In this document: positions 17,482 through 26,904 of the stretch, piece after piece
Layout of the letters: the number at the start of each line of letters is the position of its first letter
How positions within the stretch are numbered: position 1 is the first letter of the stretch
DNA from: an uncultured archaeon
GTDB lineage: Archaea > Asgardarchaeota > Jordiarchaeia > Jordiarchaeales > Jordiarchaeaceae
Reading direction: 5' to 3'
Assembly (NCBI GenBank): GCA_964510585.1
Contig: CAZECW010000134.1
Coordinates: forward strand, 1 to 31,226
Length of the DNA stretch: 31,226 nucleotides
The notes under the pieces: model-generated
What the model saw: the letters and a program-made list of their open reading frames with translations, nothing else
Told to the model about the DNA's origin: nothing
The model's database searches: none
Program-made: the position numbers and the translations under genes

Positions 17482-17728
17482 AAACAAACACCAACCCTCT
17501 ACTTTTCATTTTTTCAAAGAATCCCAAAAAATGTCTAATCCCCTTTAATCAAAAACAGCTAATGAACAGCGTTTATGTGGAGACAAACTCTCTGAAGACT
17601 CAGTAGATGTTTATAAAAAACCAAAAAATGTTTGCATTTTACTTTTTAGTATGCTTCTTCTGCTTCGCCACAGTTTTTCAGGGTTCCCAAAAGGATTTGA
17701 ATTTCGTGGAACAATTCAATTTTTGCAT

Positions 17729-18253
17729 TTATTGCTTTTGTTCTTTCGATTTGTGACTGTGGCGTATCCAGCCCCAAACCCAGTCCAGCAGCTTGAAAAA
17801 TTCTGTAAACTTTTGCTCCACCTCAACACTATCTCCAGCAATAGCCTTAGCAAGCCGCTCCTTTTCAATTGTTAAAAGTTCCCGGAAATAATCAAAATGG
17901 CTTCCCGCGTAGGCAACGATTTCCTTCGCAAGGGTTTTAGGGTCTCTCTCAAAATAGTTCCTCAAAAATTCAACTAACGCCTCCCTGAAAATATCTCTCA
18001 ACTCGGAAAACATCTCTGATTTCTGAAATTCAGAAAAGAATTTGTTGACCCACACCACTTCCCGATCAGCAAACTCCGAATCTCCTACACCTAAAGCCAT
18101 CAAACGATCCGCAGCCTCATTAAAAGAAAAACCATAACGACTAGCATAACCCCAAACCTTATCATAAAGACCCTTAGGAACCCGCAAAGTCACCTTAACA
18201 AACTCCTCAGGCTCAAACCTCCTAGGCTTACCCGGCAAAATAACCACACCCAA
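17729..18253 (-). CDS. RHH/Arc-like DNA-binding protein with helical C-terminal extension
   Basis: VKVTLRVPKGLYDKVWGYASRYGFSFNEAADRLMALG; a TTTAAATA box lies about 20 nt upstream of the TTG start. Confidence 0.7.
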   Translation of the reverse strand: MGVVILPGKPRRFEPEEFVKVTLRVPKGLYDKVWGYASRYGFSFNEAADRLMALGVGDSEFADREVVWVNKFFSEFQKSEMFSELRDIFREALVEFLRNYFERDPKTLAKEIVAYAGSHFDYFRELLTIEKERLAKAIAGDSVEVEQKFTEFFKLLDWVWGWIRHSHKSKEQKQ

Positions 18254-18456
18254 AACACAAGCCCAATTTATTTAAACTAAAAAGTAAGACTCATATAAAC
18301 ATTACCAATAGATAATTAATCATTCCATAACTACTCCCTTATCTACCTTGGGAAACCAGCTTAAGGCTAAATTCTAATAAAAAAAGGGTAGTGAATTTGG
18401 CTCCTCACGCTTCACTTTGTACTCCTTCTAGACCTCAGGGAGAAGCCGCTAAAGGA

Positions 18457-18768
18457 TTAACTACTCCTTTCTCCTCTTGCCCGCCGAACACCAGCAGTCC
18501 GAGAAGTTTGGGAGGGGGTGATTCTTTTTCTGAGCCAAATTCCAACGCTACCACACATTTCAGATACGAATCCAACAAGGAACACTATGGCCAGCACTAC
18601 GAGCACCAGAGAAATTATGGGTAGGGTGAATAGCCCGTTAATCCCCAAACCAAACACCAGCGAGAGACCCACAACTACTAGAAACAATATTACGGACACT
18701 ACTGTAACTCTCCAGCCCCAAAATTTAAAACGCTCCAACAAACCACTCCCAACCACTTCCACCACCAT
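18457..18768 (-). CDS. Hypothetical two-TM membrane protein with Arg-rich tail
   Basis: Two long hydrophobic stretches and a basic C-terminus; starts 13 bp after the stop of the giant gene on the same strand. Confidence 0.7.
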   Translation of the reverse strand: MVVEVVGSGLLERFKFWGWRVTVVSVILFLVVVGLSLVFGLGINGLFTLPIISLVLVVLAIVFLVGFVSEMCGSVGIWLRKRITPSQTSRTAGVRRARGERSS

Positions 18769-18781
18769 CCAACTATGCCAC

Positions 18782-21700
18782 TTAGCCTCTCCTTATCCTC
18801 CTTTGTATCCCACTTGAAAAAGTTCTTAGTACTCTTCTAATACGATTTCCCGAGTTCCGCAGCGTCACTCCTGTTCTCCTGATTCTAGGGACCAAAGTCC
18901 GCCTCTCCTTAATTCCATAGTATACACTTCTAAACACCACATAGATTGTTCCGAACCCCAGTATTCCCAATGCCAGCAGTGCCAATGGATCTGCCATGAG
19001 TGCCGTGTGTGGTAAAGGTACGCCCATCATTGAACCGCCGTAAATCTCAAGAACCGTGGAAGAAGACATGGTTGGCAGGCCACCCGTAGTGTGAACGATT
19101 CCCGTTAAACCCACTATACCATTAATAGACACTCCGAATGGAGTAATTGTCATAGAGCCAATAACATTGTTGTCACCACTAATTACTGTAACACCTGACA
19201 TCACAATGTTTCCCGTAATTACCAGAACACCATTAATGGCACCAAGATTCCCCATACTAGTAACACCCACCGTGACCATGGAACCACTGATACTCAAAGG
19301 AGCCAATATCTGGAAATCGCCACTCATAGAAACCAAACCAGAGTTTATAATGGTTCCTGCTACATTAAGGTTCCCTGTGATGCTGGTCGCGCTACCAATA
19401 CGGGTTCCCGAAGCATCCATAACTATTTTCCCGTTTAGAACCTCTATCACTCCATTACTAATCTTCATACTGCCCACTGTTTGAATAAAACCATCAGAAA
19501 CCACTATTGTTCCCGTGCCCCTCATCATACCACCATTAATATTCAGCGATCCAGAAACGGTAACTGGACCCTTAATGTAACTCTGCCCACCAATCTCAAA
19601 ATAATCACCCCGCATAGTCACATCACCCATAATCTCAATTGTCCCCACAGAATTTACCTGGCTGCCGGATACAGTAATTGTTTCGCCAGTGAGGAACGAG
19701 CCCGTACCATTCATAACTATTCGTCCATCAGGAATACTTATTTCACCACCAGTTATAGTCATAGAGCCAGTAGTCTCCATAGTACCATAGATAAATAGAT
19801 TCAGTGTACCCCTCGTCAAACCGTTATTAATGTTCATGTCTCCACTCACAGTTATCGAACCCTGCATATAGTTGTAACCCGAAATCCCAATATCGCCAGA
19901 CATGTTAATGGAGCCGATAATCTCTGTAGTTCCCTGAGACGCTATCTGGTCGCCTGTAACACCAATCGCATCAGCCATTATGAATGAGCCCGTAGAGTTC
20001 ATAACCATACTCACACCGGGGATGTTTATCTCGCCGCTGACTATACTCATAGTACCGGTGGTTTCCATTGTACCATCAATAACTAGGGTTATTTCACCAG
20101 AAGTCAAACCGCCATTTATGTCCAAGTAGCCCTCAATGGTTATCAGGCCCTCCATATAGTTGTATCCCGATAGTTCAATGTCCCCAGTCATCGTAGCATC
20201 ACCATTGAAACTAATCGCTCCAGTAACGGTTATGATGTCACCAGTTATGTACGAACCCGTGGAGTTCAGAACCATACTTCCACTCAAAATACCTATTTCG
20301 CCACCAAGTATACTCATTTCTCCATCGGTCACCATAACCCCGTCCAAACCCAGCTGACCCACACTCACGCTCCCCCGCATATAGTTGTAGCCGGAGAGTT
20401 CAATGTTTCCCGTTATGGTGGCGTCGCCCTCAAAGTCTATTGTTCCAGTGACGGTTATAGTGTCCCCCACAATGTATGAACCCGTGGAGTTCAGAGTCAT
20501 GCTCCCGCTCAAGATGCTTATCGCACCGCCAGTTATAGCCATATTTCCGTCAGTCACCATCACGCCATCCAAAACCAGCTGACCCACACTCACGCTCCCC
20601 CGCATATAGTTGTAGCCGGAGATGCCAATTTCGCCTTGTATGGTTATGTCACCGTTAACTTCTGTTATTCCCAGAGAAGCTATCTGGTCACCTGTAACCG
20701 TTATAATGTTTCCAGTGATGAACGAGCCTAGAGCATTCATGACAATGTGGCCATCAGGAATATTTATCTCACCATTGGTTATAGTCATGGTTCCAGTAGT
20801 CTCCATCGTACCATCAATATTTAGGATCATCACACCCGCTGTCAAACCACTGTTAATGTCCATGTAGCCATCCACAGTTATCAAGCCCTCCATGTAGTTG
20901 TAACCAGAGATTCCGATGTCGCCAGACATGGTGATTCGGCCGTCTATCTCCGTTGTTCCCTGCGAAGTTATCTGGCTGCCGGTAACCGTGATTATGTCTC
21001 CCGTGATGTAGGAGCCAGTGGAGTCCATCACTATGCTCCCACTGGAAATACTTATCTCGCCACCAGTTATGATCATGGAGCCAGTGGTCTCCATCGTCCC
21101 ATCAATAACCAGGGTTATGTCGCCGGTGGTTGAGCCGCTGTTAATGTCCATGTAGCCATCAACAGTTATCAAGCCCTGCATGTAGTTGTAACCAGAGAGT
21201 TGAATATTTCCTGTGATGGTGGCGTCGCCGCTGAAGTCAACATCTCCTGTAACTGTGATTGTGTTTCCAGTTATGTATGAACCGGTAGAGTTCATAACCA
21301 TAGTACCGCTTAAGATATCTATTTCACCGTTACTTATGGCCATTTCCCCGTCGGTCACCATTACACCGCTCAGGCTCAGAAGGGATACGATATTTATGGT
21401 TCCCTGCATGTGGTTGTGTCCTGAGATTCCAATGTCGCCCTGTATGGTTATATCGCCAATAACTTCGGTTATTCCCGAGGAGATTATCTGTTCACCTACA
21501 ACCATGATTGTGTTACCTGTGATGTAGGAGCCCGTGGCATTCATAACCATATGGCCATTTGGAATATTTATCGCACCATTGGTTATAATCATGGAGCCTG
21601 TGGTCTCCATCGTGCTGCCAATAGTCAGAATTATTTCACCGGTAGTTAGACCATCATTTATGTTCAGATAGCCATCAACAGTTATCAAGCCCTGCATGTA

Positions 21701-23329
21701 GTTGTACCCAGAGATTCCGATGTTTCCAGTTATTGAGGAGTTTCCATCAATTTCTGTTACGCCTGTGGAGGTTATTGCGCCCTTGATTGAAGTATTTGTA
21801 GCGCCGTAAATGTATGTTCCTGTTGAGTTCATCTCCATTGTTCCTCGGAGGATGCTTATTTCGCCGTCATCTATACTCATCTCGCCGTCTGTTACCATGT
21901 AGCCCTCGCTTAGCGTCAACACTACCTGTCCAGTCATTGCTCCACCATTTATGTTCAGTGAACCAGTCACACTCAAGGGAGAGAGTATTTTATTGTAGCC
22001 CAGAACTCCTATATCTCCTTGGACTGTAACATTTCCGCTCAGCAGCATATTTCCCTCAAATGCCAGTGTGCCCTGCGTTATTATGGTTATGTTCCTAATG
22101 TCCGAGAAGCCTGATGTTAATATGCCACCATTGGTAATAACAGTAGAATTGCTGGTGCCAAACCCGGTCACACTCTGATTCGTGGTCGAAATATACATTC
22201 TAGCAGTCGGGTAACTTGCGCTCTTATCAAGAGTTATCGCAGCCTGAGTATCATTCTTCAAAAACCTGTAAACAATGGATTGACTTGAGTTCATAAAAAC
22301 ATAAGTGTTATTAAGAACCATTACACCACCAGCACCACTGCTAGTTCCTACAGCGAACCAGTCACCCCAAGAATCAAAAACCGCACCACCGCCAAACTGC
22401 AAATACCTTACCGGCGTTTCACCCATTTCCAAAATCAACTTATTGACATCAATAATAACTAAGTCAGGAAATTCACGGTTCTGCGCCATCTTGGTTACAT
22501 TAACAATTCCGCTGTAATTCGCCTTCGAATAAGAGGGATTCCCCCATAGGTTAACGCGAGCAGATATGTTCCCCAAAAGAACAACATTCATGGTCATGTT
22601 GAACCAGTCGTGGTTTATCCGGATAAGGACCCAGTTGGTTAATGGAAACTCGTCACTCTCGCTGTATAGGTATAATTCACCGCTGTAAACCCTGATTGCA
22701 TCATTGTTCGGAATAATTAAGTCTTCTGATTGGTTGTTCCAGTCTCCTATGTAGCCGCCTCCGTAGGATTCAACGTACTGGTAGTATTTTGTTATGTTGA
22801 AGTAGACTTCGCTTCCCGTATTTTTGTTTCCTACGTTGAGGGTTCCATTAACTGCGTTGACCGCTGGTGAGGTGCTGTTTCCTAGTATTGTTATGTTTCC
22901 TCCTGATTTGCAGGTTTTTCCTAGTTCGATTTTGTCTCCTGTGAGGGTCATTGTTCCGTTTGCGTAGAGGGGTGAACCTAGAACCACTTGTTGAGCGTTT
23001 GAGAGGGATAAGATTCCATTTAGGGTGTTGTTGCCTGTTACTGTCATATTTCCGGTGAGGGACATACCTGCACTTGCAGGACTGTTTAGTAGGGTTGCTA
23101 GTTTTGTGTTGCTGGTGGATGGGTATCCATTGGATAGTGTACTGTATGGGTTGATGATGTTTGAATTCAGTGGGGCGGTTGCTTGTATTGAGCTTAGTAG
23201 GGGTAGTGCAAGGAAGCAGGTTAAGATTAGGATTACTGGAATAAGTATTAGGGTGCGTTTGGTTTTTTCTCTGGAGAATCTTTTGTTCCCTTTGTGCACT
23301 ATTGGTGTGTTTTCATTGTTTTCTCCCAT
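18782..23329 (-). CDS. Giant (1515 aa) secreted, C-terminally anchored repeat surface protein
   Basis: Basic n-region plus hydrophobic LILIPVILILTCFLALPLL, many NxS/T sequons, ten G-x-hydrophobic repeats, C-terminal TM LALLALGILGFGTIYVVF and an Arg-rich tail. Confidence 0.92.
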   Translation of the reverse strand: MGENNENTPIVHKGNKRFSREKTKRTLILIPVILILTCFLALPLLSSIQATAPLNSNIINPYSTLSNGYPSTSNTKLATLLNSPASAGMSLTGNMTVTGNNTLNGILSLSNAQQVVLGSPLYANGTMTLTGDKIELGKTCKSGGNITILGNSTSPAVNAVNGTLNVGNKNTGSEVYFNITKYYQYVESYGGGYIGDWNNQSEDLIIPNNDAIRVYSGELYLYSESDEFPLTNWVLIRINHDWFNMTMNVVLLGNISARVNLWGNPSYSKANYSGIVNVTKMAQNREFPDLVIIDVNKLILEMGETPVRYLQFGGGAVFDSWGDWFAVGTSSGAGGVMVLNNTYVFMNSSQSIVYRFLKNDTQAAITLDKSASYPTARMYISTTNQSVTGFGTSNSTVITNGGILTSGFSDIRNITIITQGTLAFEGNMLLSGNVTVQGDIGVLGYNKILSPLSVTGSLNINGGAMTGQVVLTLSEGYMVTDGEMSIDDGEISILRGTMEMNSTGTYIYGATNTSIKGAITSTGVTEIDGNSSITGNIGISGYNYMQGLITVDGYLNINDGLTTGEIILTIGSTMETTGSMIITNGAINIPNGHMVMNATGSYITGNTIMVVGEQIISSGITEVIGDITIQGDIGISGHNHMQGTINIVSLLSLSGVMVTDGEMAISNGEIDILSGTMVMNSTGSYITGNTITVTGDVDFSGDATITGNIQLSGYNYMQGLITVDGYMDINSGSTTGDITLVIDGTMETTGSMIITGGEISISSGSIVMDSTGSYITGDIITVTGSQITSQGTTEIDGRITMSGDIGISGYNYMEGLITVDGYMDINSGLTAGVMILNIDGTMETTGTMTITNGEINIPDGHIVMNALGSFITGNIITVTGDQIASLGITEVNGDITIQGEIGISGYNYMRGSVSVGQLVLDGVMVTDGNMAITGGAISILSGSMTLNSTGSYIVGDTITVTGTIDFEGDATITGNIELSGYNYMRGSVSVGQLGLDGVMVTDGEMSILGGEIGILSGSMVLNSTGSYITGDIITVTGAISFNGDATMTGDIELSGYNYMEGLITIEGYLDINGGLTSGEITLVIDGTMETTGTMSIVSGEINIPGVSMVMNSTGSFIMADAIGVTGDQIASQGTTEIIGSINMSGDIGISGYNYMQGSITVSGDMNINNGLTRGTLNLFIYGTMETTGSMTITGGEISIPDGRIVMNGTGSFLTGETITVSGSQVNSVGTIEIMGDVTMRGDYFEIGGQSYIKGPVTVSGSLNINGGMMRGTGTIVVSDGFIQTVGSMKISNGVIEVLNGKIVMDASGTRIGSATSITGNLNVAGTIINSGLVSMSGDFQILAPLSISGSMVTVGVTSMGNLGAINGVLVITGNIVMSGVTVISGDNNVIGSMTITPFGVSINGIVGLTGIVHTTGGLPTMSSSTVLEIYGGSMMGVPLPHTALMADPLALLALGILGFGTIYVVFRSVYYGIKERRTLVPRIRRTGVTLRNSGNRIRRVLRTFSSGIQRRIRRG
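19310..22003 (-). repeat. Coding repeat array: long (96-97 aa) and short (75-76 aa) units in order L L S L L S S L L L(degenerate)
   Basis: Unit starts ((S/L)G(Y/H)N.. motif) at 22003, 21712, 21424, 21196, 20908, 20620, 20395, 20170, 19882 and 19591. The left boundary is approximate. Confidence 0.9.
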
Positions 23330-23571
23330 TTTTTCCCTTCTCCTATTTTCCTTCTCCGCTTTTTTGGAATAATTTGACCTTTTTGGCGCCTTTCCCCTAT
23401 TTAAATTTTTTGGAAAAATGACGTATTTTTACGGCAAATAATCCACGTCAACACCAAAACAAAGATTGGCTGAACCCAAACTATTCAAAAATCGTTCAAG
23501 AATTCAACGGATTTCCACAAAGTTAAAGTAATAGTTTCCTTTGAAAAGTTTAAGAAGAACCTCATCCCCCG

Positions 23572-24771
23572 GTGAGAGGTGAGTTCTTGAGCGCATTCAT
23601 TATTGGAGTTGGATTAACTCAGATTAAATCGCACTGGGATGCGGATTCAGCCACACTGGCGCACAAAGCTATAATGGAAGCTCTCAGAGATGCTAACCTT
23701 GAACCAAGAGACATAGAAGGAATTATAACCACGCCTCAAGGATACTTTACCGACGCTAAAGATATTGATCGGTTTGCCCCCCAGAGGATGGGGGAGTACC
23801 TAAACATAGATGCTAGGGTGCAGGTCGCGGTTGACATTGGTGGGATGAGCAGCCTAGCCGCAGTAAAGTATGGGGTCTACGAAGTATTACTGGAGAAATG
23901 TAGAACTCTTTTAATTTATGCATCGGAAAAACTTGTGGCTCGTGAAGATTTTAATATTTCACGCCACATGTACCTCACATACCTCGTTAATGGACTCTTT
24001 GGACCCTATGATAGCAGGTATGGGGTAACTAGAGCCGTTCCCTACTATGCTATGGCTACCCAGAGGTACATGTATGAATATAATGTTAATAAGGAAGATA
24101 TAGCCCACTTACCGGTTGTCTTGAGGGAAAACGCTTCCTTAAACCCTAGGGCGCAGTTCCGGGAACCAATAACAGTTGAAGATGTGCTCAACTCTAAACC
24201 CGTGTGTCCCCCACTAAACCTTCTTGAGTGTTGCCCAGTTTCTGAAGGAGGAGCAGCAATTATCATTTCAGACCAGAGTACAGCTAGAGATTTGGGAAGG
24301 GATGATTGTTACATTGCGGGGATAGGGGAGGCACATGATCCCACGAGTTTTTTCCCAGTTTACCAATCGGTCACCGAAATTCCTTCTCTGAGGAGAGCCA
24401 CACAAGAAGCTTTGAGACAAGCCCAAGTGGATTTAAAGGACGTAGATGTTGCAGAAGTTTATGGTCCATTTAGCGGTACAGAACTAATGGTTTATGAAGA
24501 ACTGGGTTTTTATGAGAGAGGAAAGGCGGCGGAAGCGGTGGTTGAGGGACGCACAAGAATAGGCGGAGACACTCCCATAAATCCTTCGGGGGGAAGACTC
24601 TCCTTGGGTCACCCGCCCTACGTAACTCCCCTTGCTGAAATATATGAAATAGTGACCCAGCTGAGAGGAGAGGCAGGAAGGAGACAAGTTCAAGATGCAG
24701 AAATTGGACTGGTACACGCTGAACATGGGATGATGAATGGAAATATGGTGGCAGTAATAAAGAGGAGGTAG
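23572..24771 (+). CDS. Thiolase-fold protein lacking the catalytic Cys (SCP-x/Ltp2-like)
   Basis: NPRAQF, PLNLLECCPVSEGGAAII, DVAEVYGPF, PINPSGGRLSLGHP. The position of xACASG reads DIGGMSS. Confidence 0.85.
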   Translation: MRGEFLSAFIIGVGLTQIKSHWDADSATLAHKAIMEALRDANLEPRDIEGIITTPQGYFTDAKDIDRFAPQRMGEYLNIDARVQVAVDIGGMSSLAAVKYGVYEVLLEKCRTLLIYASEKLVAREDFNISRHMYLTYLVNGLFGPYDSRYGVTRAVPYYAMATQRYMYEYNVNKEDIAHLPVVLRENASLNPRAQFREPITVEDVLNSKPVCPPLNLLECCPVSEGGAAIIISDQSTARDLGRDDCYIAGIGEAHDPTSFFPVYQSVTEIPSLRRATQEALRQAQVDLKDVDVAEVYGPFSGTELMVYEELGFYERGKAAEAVVEGRTRIGGDTPINPSGGRLSLGHPPYVTPLAEIYEIVTQLRGEAGRRQVQDAEIGLVHAEHGMMNGNMVAVIKRR

Positions 24772-24776
24772 AAGGA

Positions 24777-25136
24777 GTGGAGAGATTCTTCCAAGAACTG
24801 CAAAACAGGAAATTTAAAGTTCCAAAATGTAAAAACTGTGAAAGACACATATATCCGCCAAGAGATTTTTGTCCCTTCTGCAGCTCCAAAAACCTGGAAT
24901 GGGTTGAAATAAGTGGGGAAGGAACACTATACGCCTACACAATAAATGCGGGAGGAATACAATTTCGCAACGAAACCATAGGAATAGTGGAATTAAAAGA
25001 AGGATTCAAAATCCTAACATACATAGGAAAACCAATCCAAGAACTAAAAATCGGACAACCAGTAAAACTTGAATACACAGAAATAGAAACCCAAGAGGGA
25101 AAATTAACACTCCACAAATTTACACCACAAAACTAA
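24777..25136 (+). CDS. DUF35-family Zn-ribbon/OB-fold protein
   Basis: KCKNC..IYPPRDFCPFC, EWVEISGEGTLYAYT, GIVELKEG, LKIGQPV; 5 bp after the thiolase-fold gene. Confidence 0.92.
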   Translation: MERFFQELQNRKFKVPKCKNCERHIYPPRDFCPFCSSKNLEWVEISGEGTLYAYTINAGGIQFRNETIGIVELKEGFKILTYIGKPIQELKIGQPVKLEYTEIETQEGKLTLHKFTPQN

Positions 25137-25218
25137 ACAGACCCATACTACTACCTAGCCAAAAAAGGAGGGTTTATGGGTTGTTGGGGAGATTTTAATT
25201 CTTTTACTCTTGTCTGTT

Positions 25219-26556
25219 TTAGGGCCTTTTCTTGTACAGTTTAAGAGTTAGGATTGCTATCAAGAATGCTCCTGCGCCGCTGGGGATACCCAAAACTAGG
25301 AGGATTGTCTGCTGAGAAGAGGCGGAGAGCTGGCTTAAAATAGCTAAGCTTACAGGAATTTTTTCAGAGTTTTGGGAGCCGAAGGGGCCGGTCCTATTGT
25401 AGAAAACTGCTTTATCAGTAAAGTCTACTTCTTCCTGGTGTCCTTCGAAAGCCTCAACCTTAATCCTCTCATCGCCAACAACCTGAACAACAAGAGTGTA
25501 CTTTTTATCTTCAGTTTGTGGATCTGCTCCAACCAGATGGTATGTGACCTTACCACTCTCAATGGATACTTGTGTGAAGTCTGGGCCTGTGGCGTTGAAC
25601 ACTCCTATTGGTAGAGGCGCTAATACGTTTCCTCCGACGGATACAACCATCTGCGACGCATTATGAACATAGTAGACGAGGGCCAGCTGGGTGCTATAGT
25701 TCCAGACTCCTGGTTGGCTTCCTTCAAGGAACCAGTTTCCACTCAGCCTACCGGGAAGGTCATAATCTATTTTCCCACCTCTGGGTTCACCAACTCTATT
25801 AACCTTCTGGTAGGCCTCCTCCTTCAGGCCCTCTTCAAGATAGTCCAGCGGGCAAACCGTGTGCACACTTACGCCATAACCATAGGTTTCGGGGTGAATG
25901 AAGTTCAGTGTAACATCATAATCCATTGCGCCCCAATCTAAGCAAACCGATCCTCCTGGTTGCTTCTCCGCCATACCGACAACTTGTCCTGCTTTAACTG
26001 GTATACAGGCTTGGAAAAATCCTGTTATTTTTCCAGTTTTTTCCACTATCCAGTCTGCTAGGCCCGACATGTGGTAGAAATAGCTACAAAAAATAGATGT
26101 TTCCACTATCCAGTCTGCTAGGCCCAACATGTAGTAGAAATAGCTATAAAAAGTAGATGTATGTTGTATGCGTAAGGAGTAGTCTTGATAGTTTCCTCCC
26201 TCCTGAGTGTTATTGCTAATCTGTATTATTACTCCATCGGCCGGTGCAACTACATTGTGAGTTCCGTTTTTTAGTACAAAGTATATGTGGTCGCTGGGAA
26301 AAGTGTGGCCGGGAGGGCTCAAGTGTCCCAGTGGTATTATGTATTCGTAGGCGTCGTTATTTAGGGGTATGTGTGTGAAGGTGAACTTGGAACTTGTTGG
26401 AATGTTTGTATCCTCTGTAGAATTATTGTGGGTTGTTTTTAAAAGCAGCAAGTCAGCGTTTGGTTGTTTTAGATTATAACTTGTTTGGCTGAAACCCATT
26501 CCAACTAGTAGGATTCCAATAACGGCCACGACGACAATCTTTTTACCCAGGCTCAT
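25219..26556 (-). CDS. Secreted, C-terminally anchored protein with peptidase-M23-like (hybrid) fold
   Basis: Signal-like KKIVVVAVIGILLVGMG; GHTFPSDHIYF, VVAPADGVI, YFYHM, IPVKAGQVVG, LDWG; C-terminal TM followed by KLYKKRP. Confidence 0.65.
   Translation of the reverse strand: MSLGKKIVVVAVIGILLVGMGFSQTSYNLKQPNADLLLLKTTHNNSTEDTNIPTSSKFTFTHIPLNNDAYEYIIPLGHLSPPGHTFPSDHIYFVLKNGTHNVVAPADGVIIQISNNTQEGGNYQDYSLRIQHTSTFYSYFYYMLGLADWIVETSIFCSYFYHMSGLADWIVEKTGKITGFFQACIPVKAGQVVGMAEKQPGGSVCLDWGAMDYDVTLNFIHPETYGYGVSVHTVCPLDYLEEGLKEEAYQKVNRVGEPRGGKIDYDLPGRLSGNWFLEGSQPGVWNYSTQLALVYYVHNASQMVVSVGGNVLAPLPIGVFNATGPDFTQVSIESGKVTYHLVGADPQTEDKKYTLVVQVVGDERIKVEAFEGHQEEVDFTDKAVFYNRTGPFGSQNSEKIPVSLAILSQLSASSQQTILLVLGIPSGAGAFLIAILTLKLYKKRP
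26041..26160. repeat. In-frame 60-bp tandem duplication (56/60 identical)
   Basis: 26041-26100 vs 26101-26160 differ at 4 positions. Confidence 0.97.
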
Positions 26557-26904
26557 AATTTTTGGCCTCCTTTTATTTTTCTGGGTAAAAAATGAATGCT
26601 TATTTCGTGGTTTTGTGGGGGGCTATCGCTTTTCCCTAATTTATTGTGTTCTAATTTGGAATATATTTTTTTGGTTTGCTCTTTTGCATAATTTTATTGG
26701 TTTCTAATATTTTTTATCTATAAATTTAAAAATTTGTTTTATAAATTGGGATGAAATGCTGAATATTTTATATATAAATAATGTTAAAAACGAAGATTTG
26801 TGCAAAAATGGTTTTAGCCAAAAAATTTAAAATTATTCTTCCTTCTAAAAAATTTTCATAGGGGACTAGCAGTTTTTAAAGCTTCTTTGAAGGAGGGATT
26901 ACAA

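Noticed and set aside
19310-22003. Ice-binding or antifreeze solenoid, or RTX repeat
   Set aside because: No regular TxT ladder and no GGxGxD Ca-binding nonapeptides.
19167-22517. Several plus-strand ORFs inside the giant gene, plus many other nested antisense ORFs in the track
   Set aside because: Shadow frames of real genes; repeat and codon bias suppress stops on the opposite strand.
26041-26160. Diversity-generating retroelement template/variable repeat pair
   Set aside because: The copies are tandem within one ORF, mismatches are not confined to adenines of either copy, and there is no reverse transcriptase in the window.
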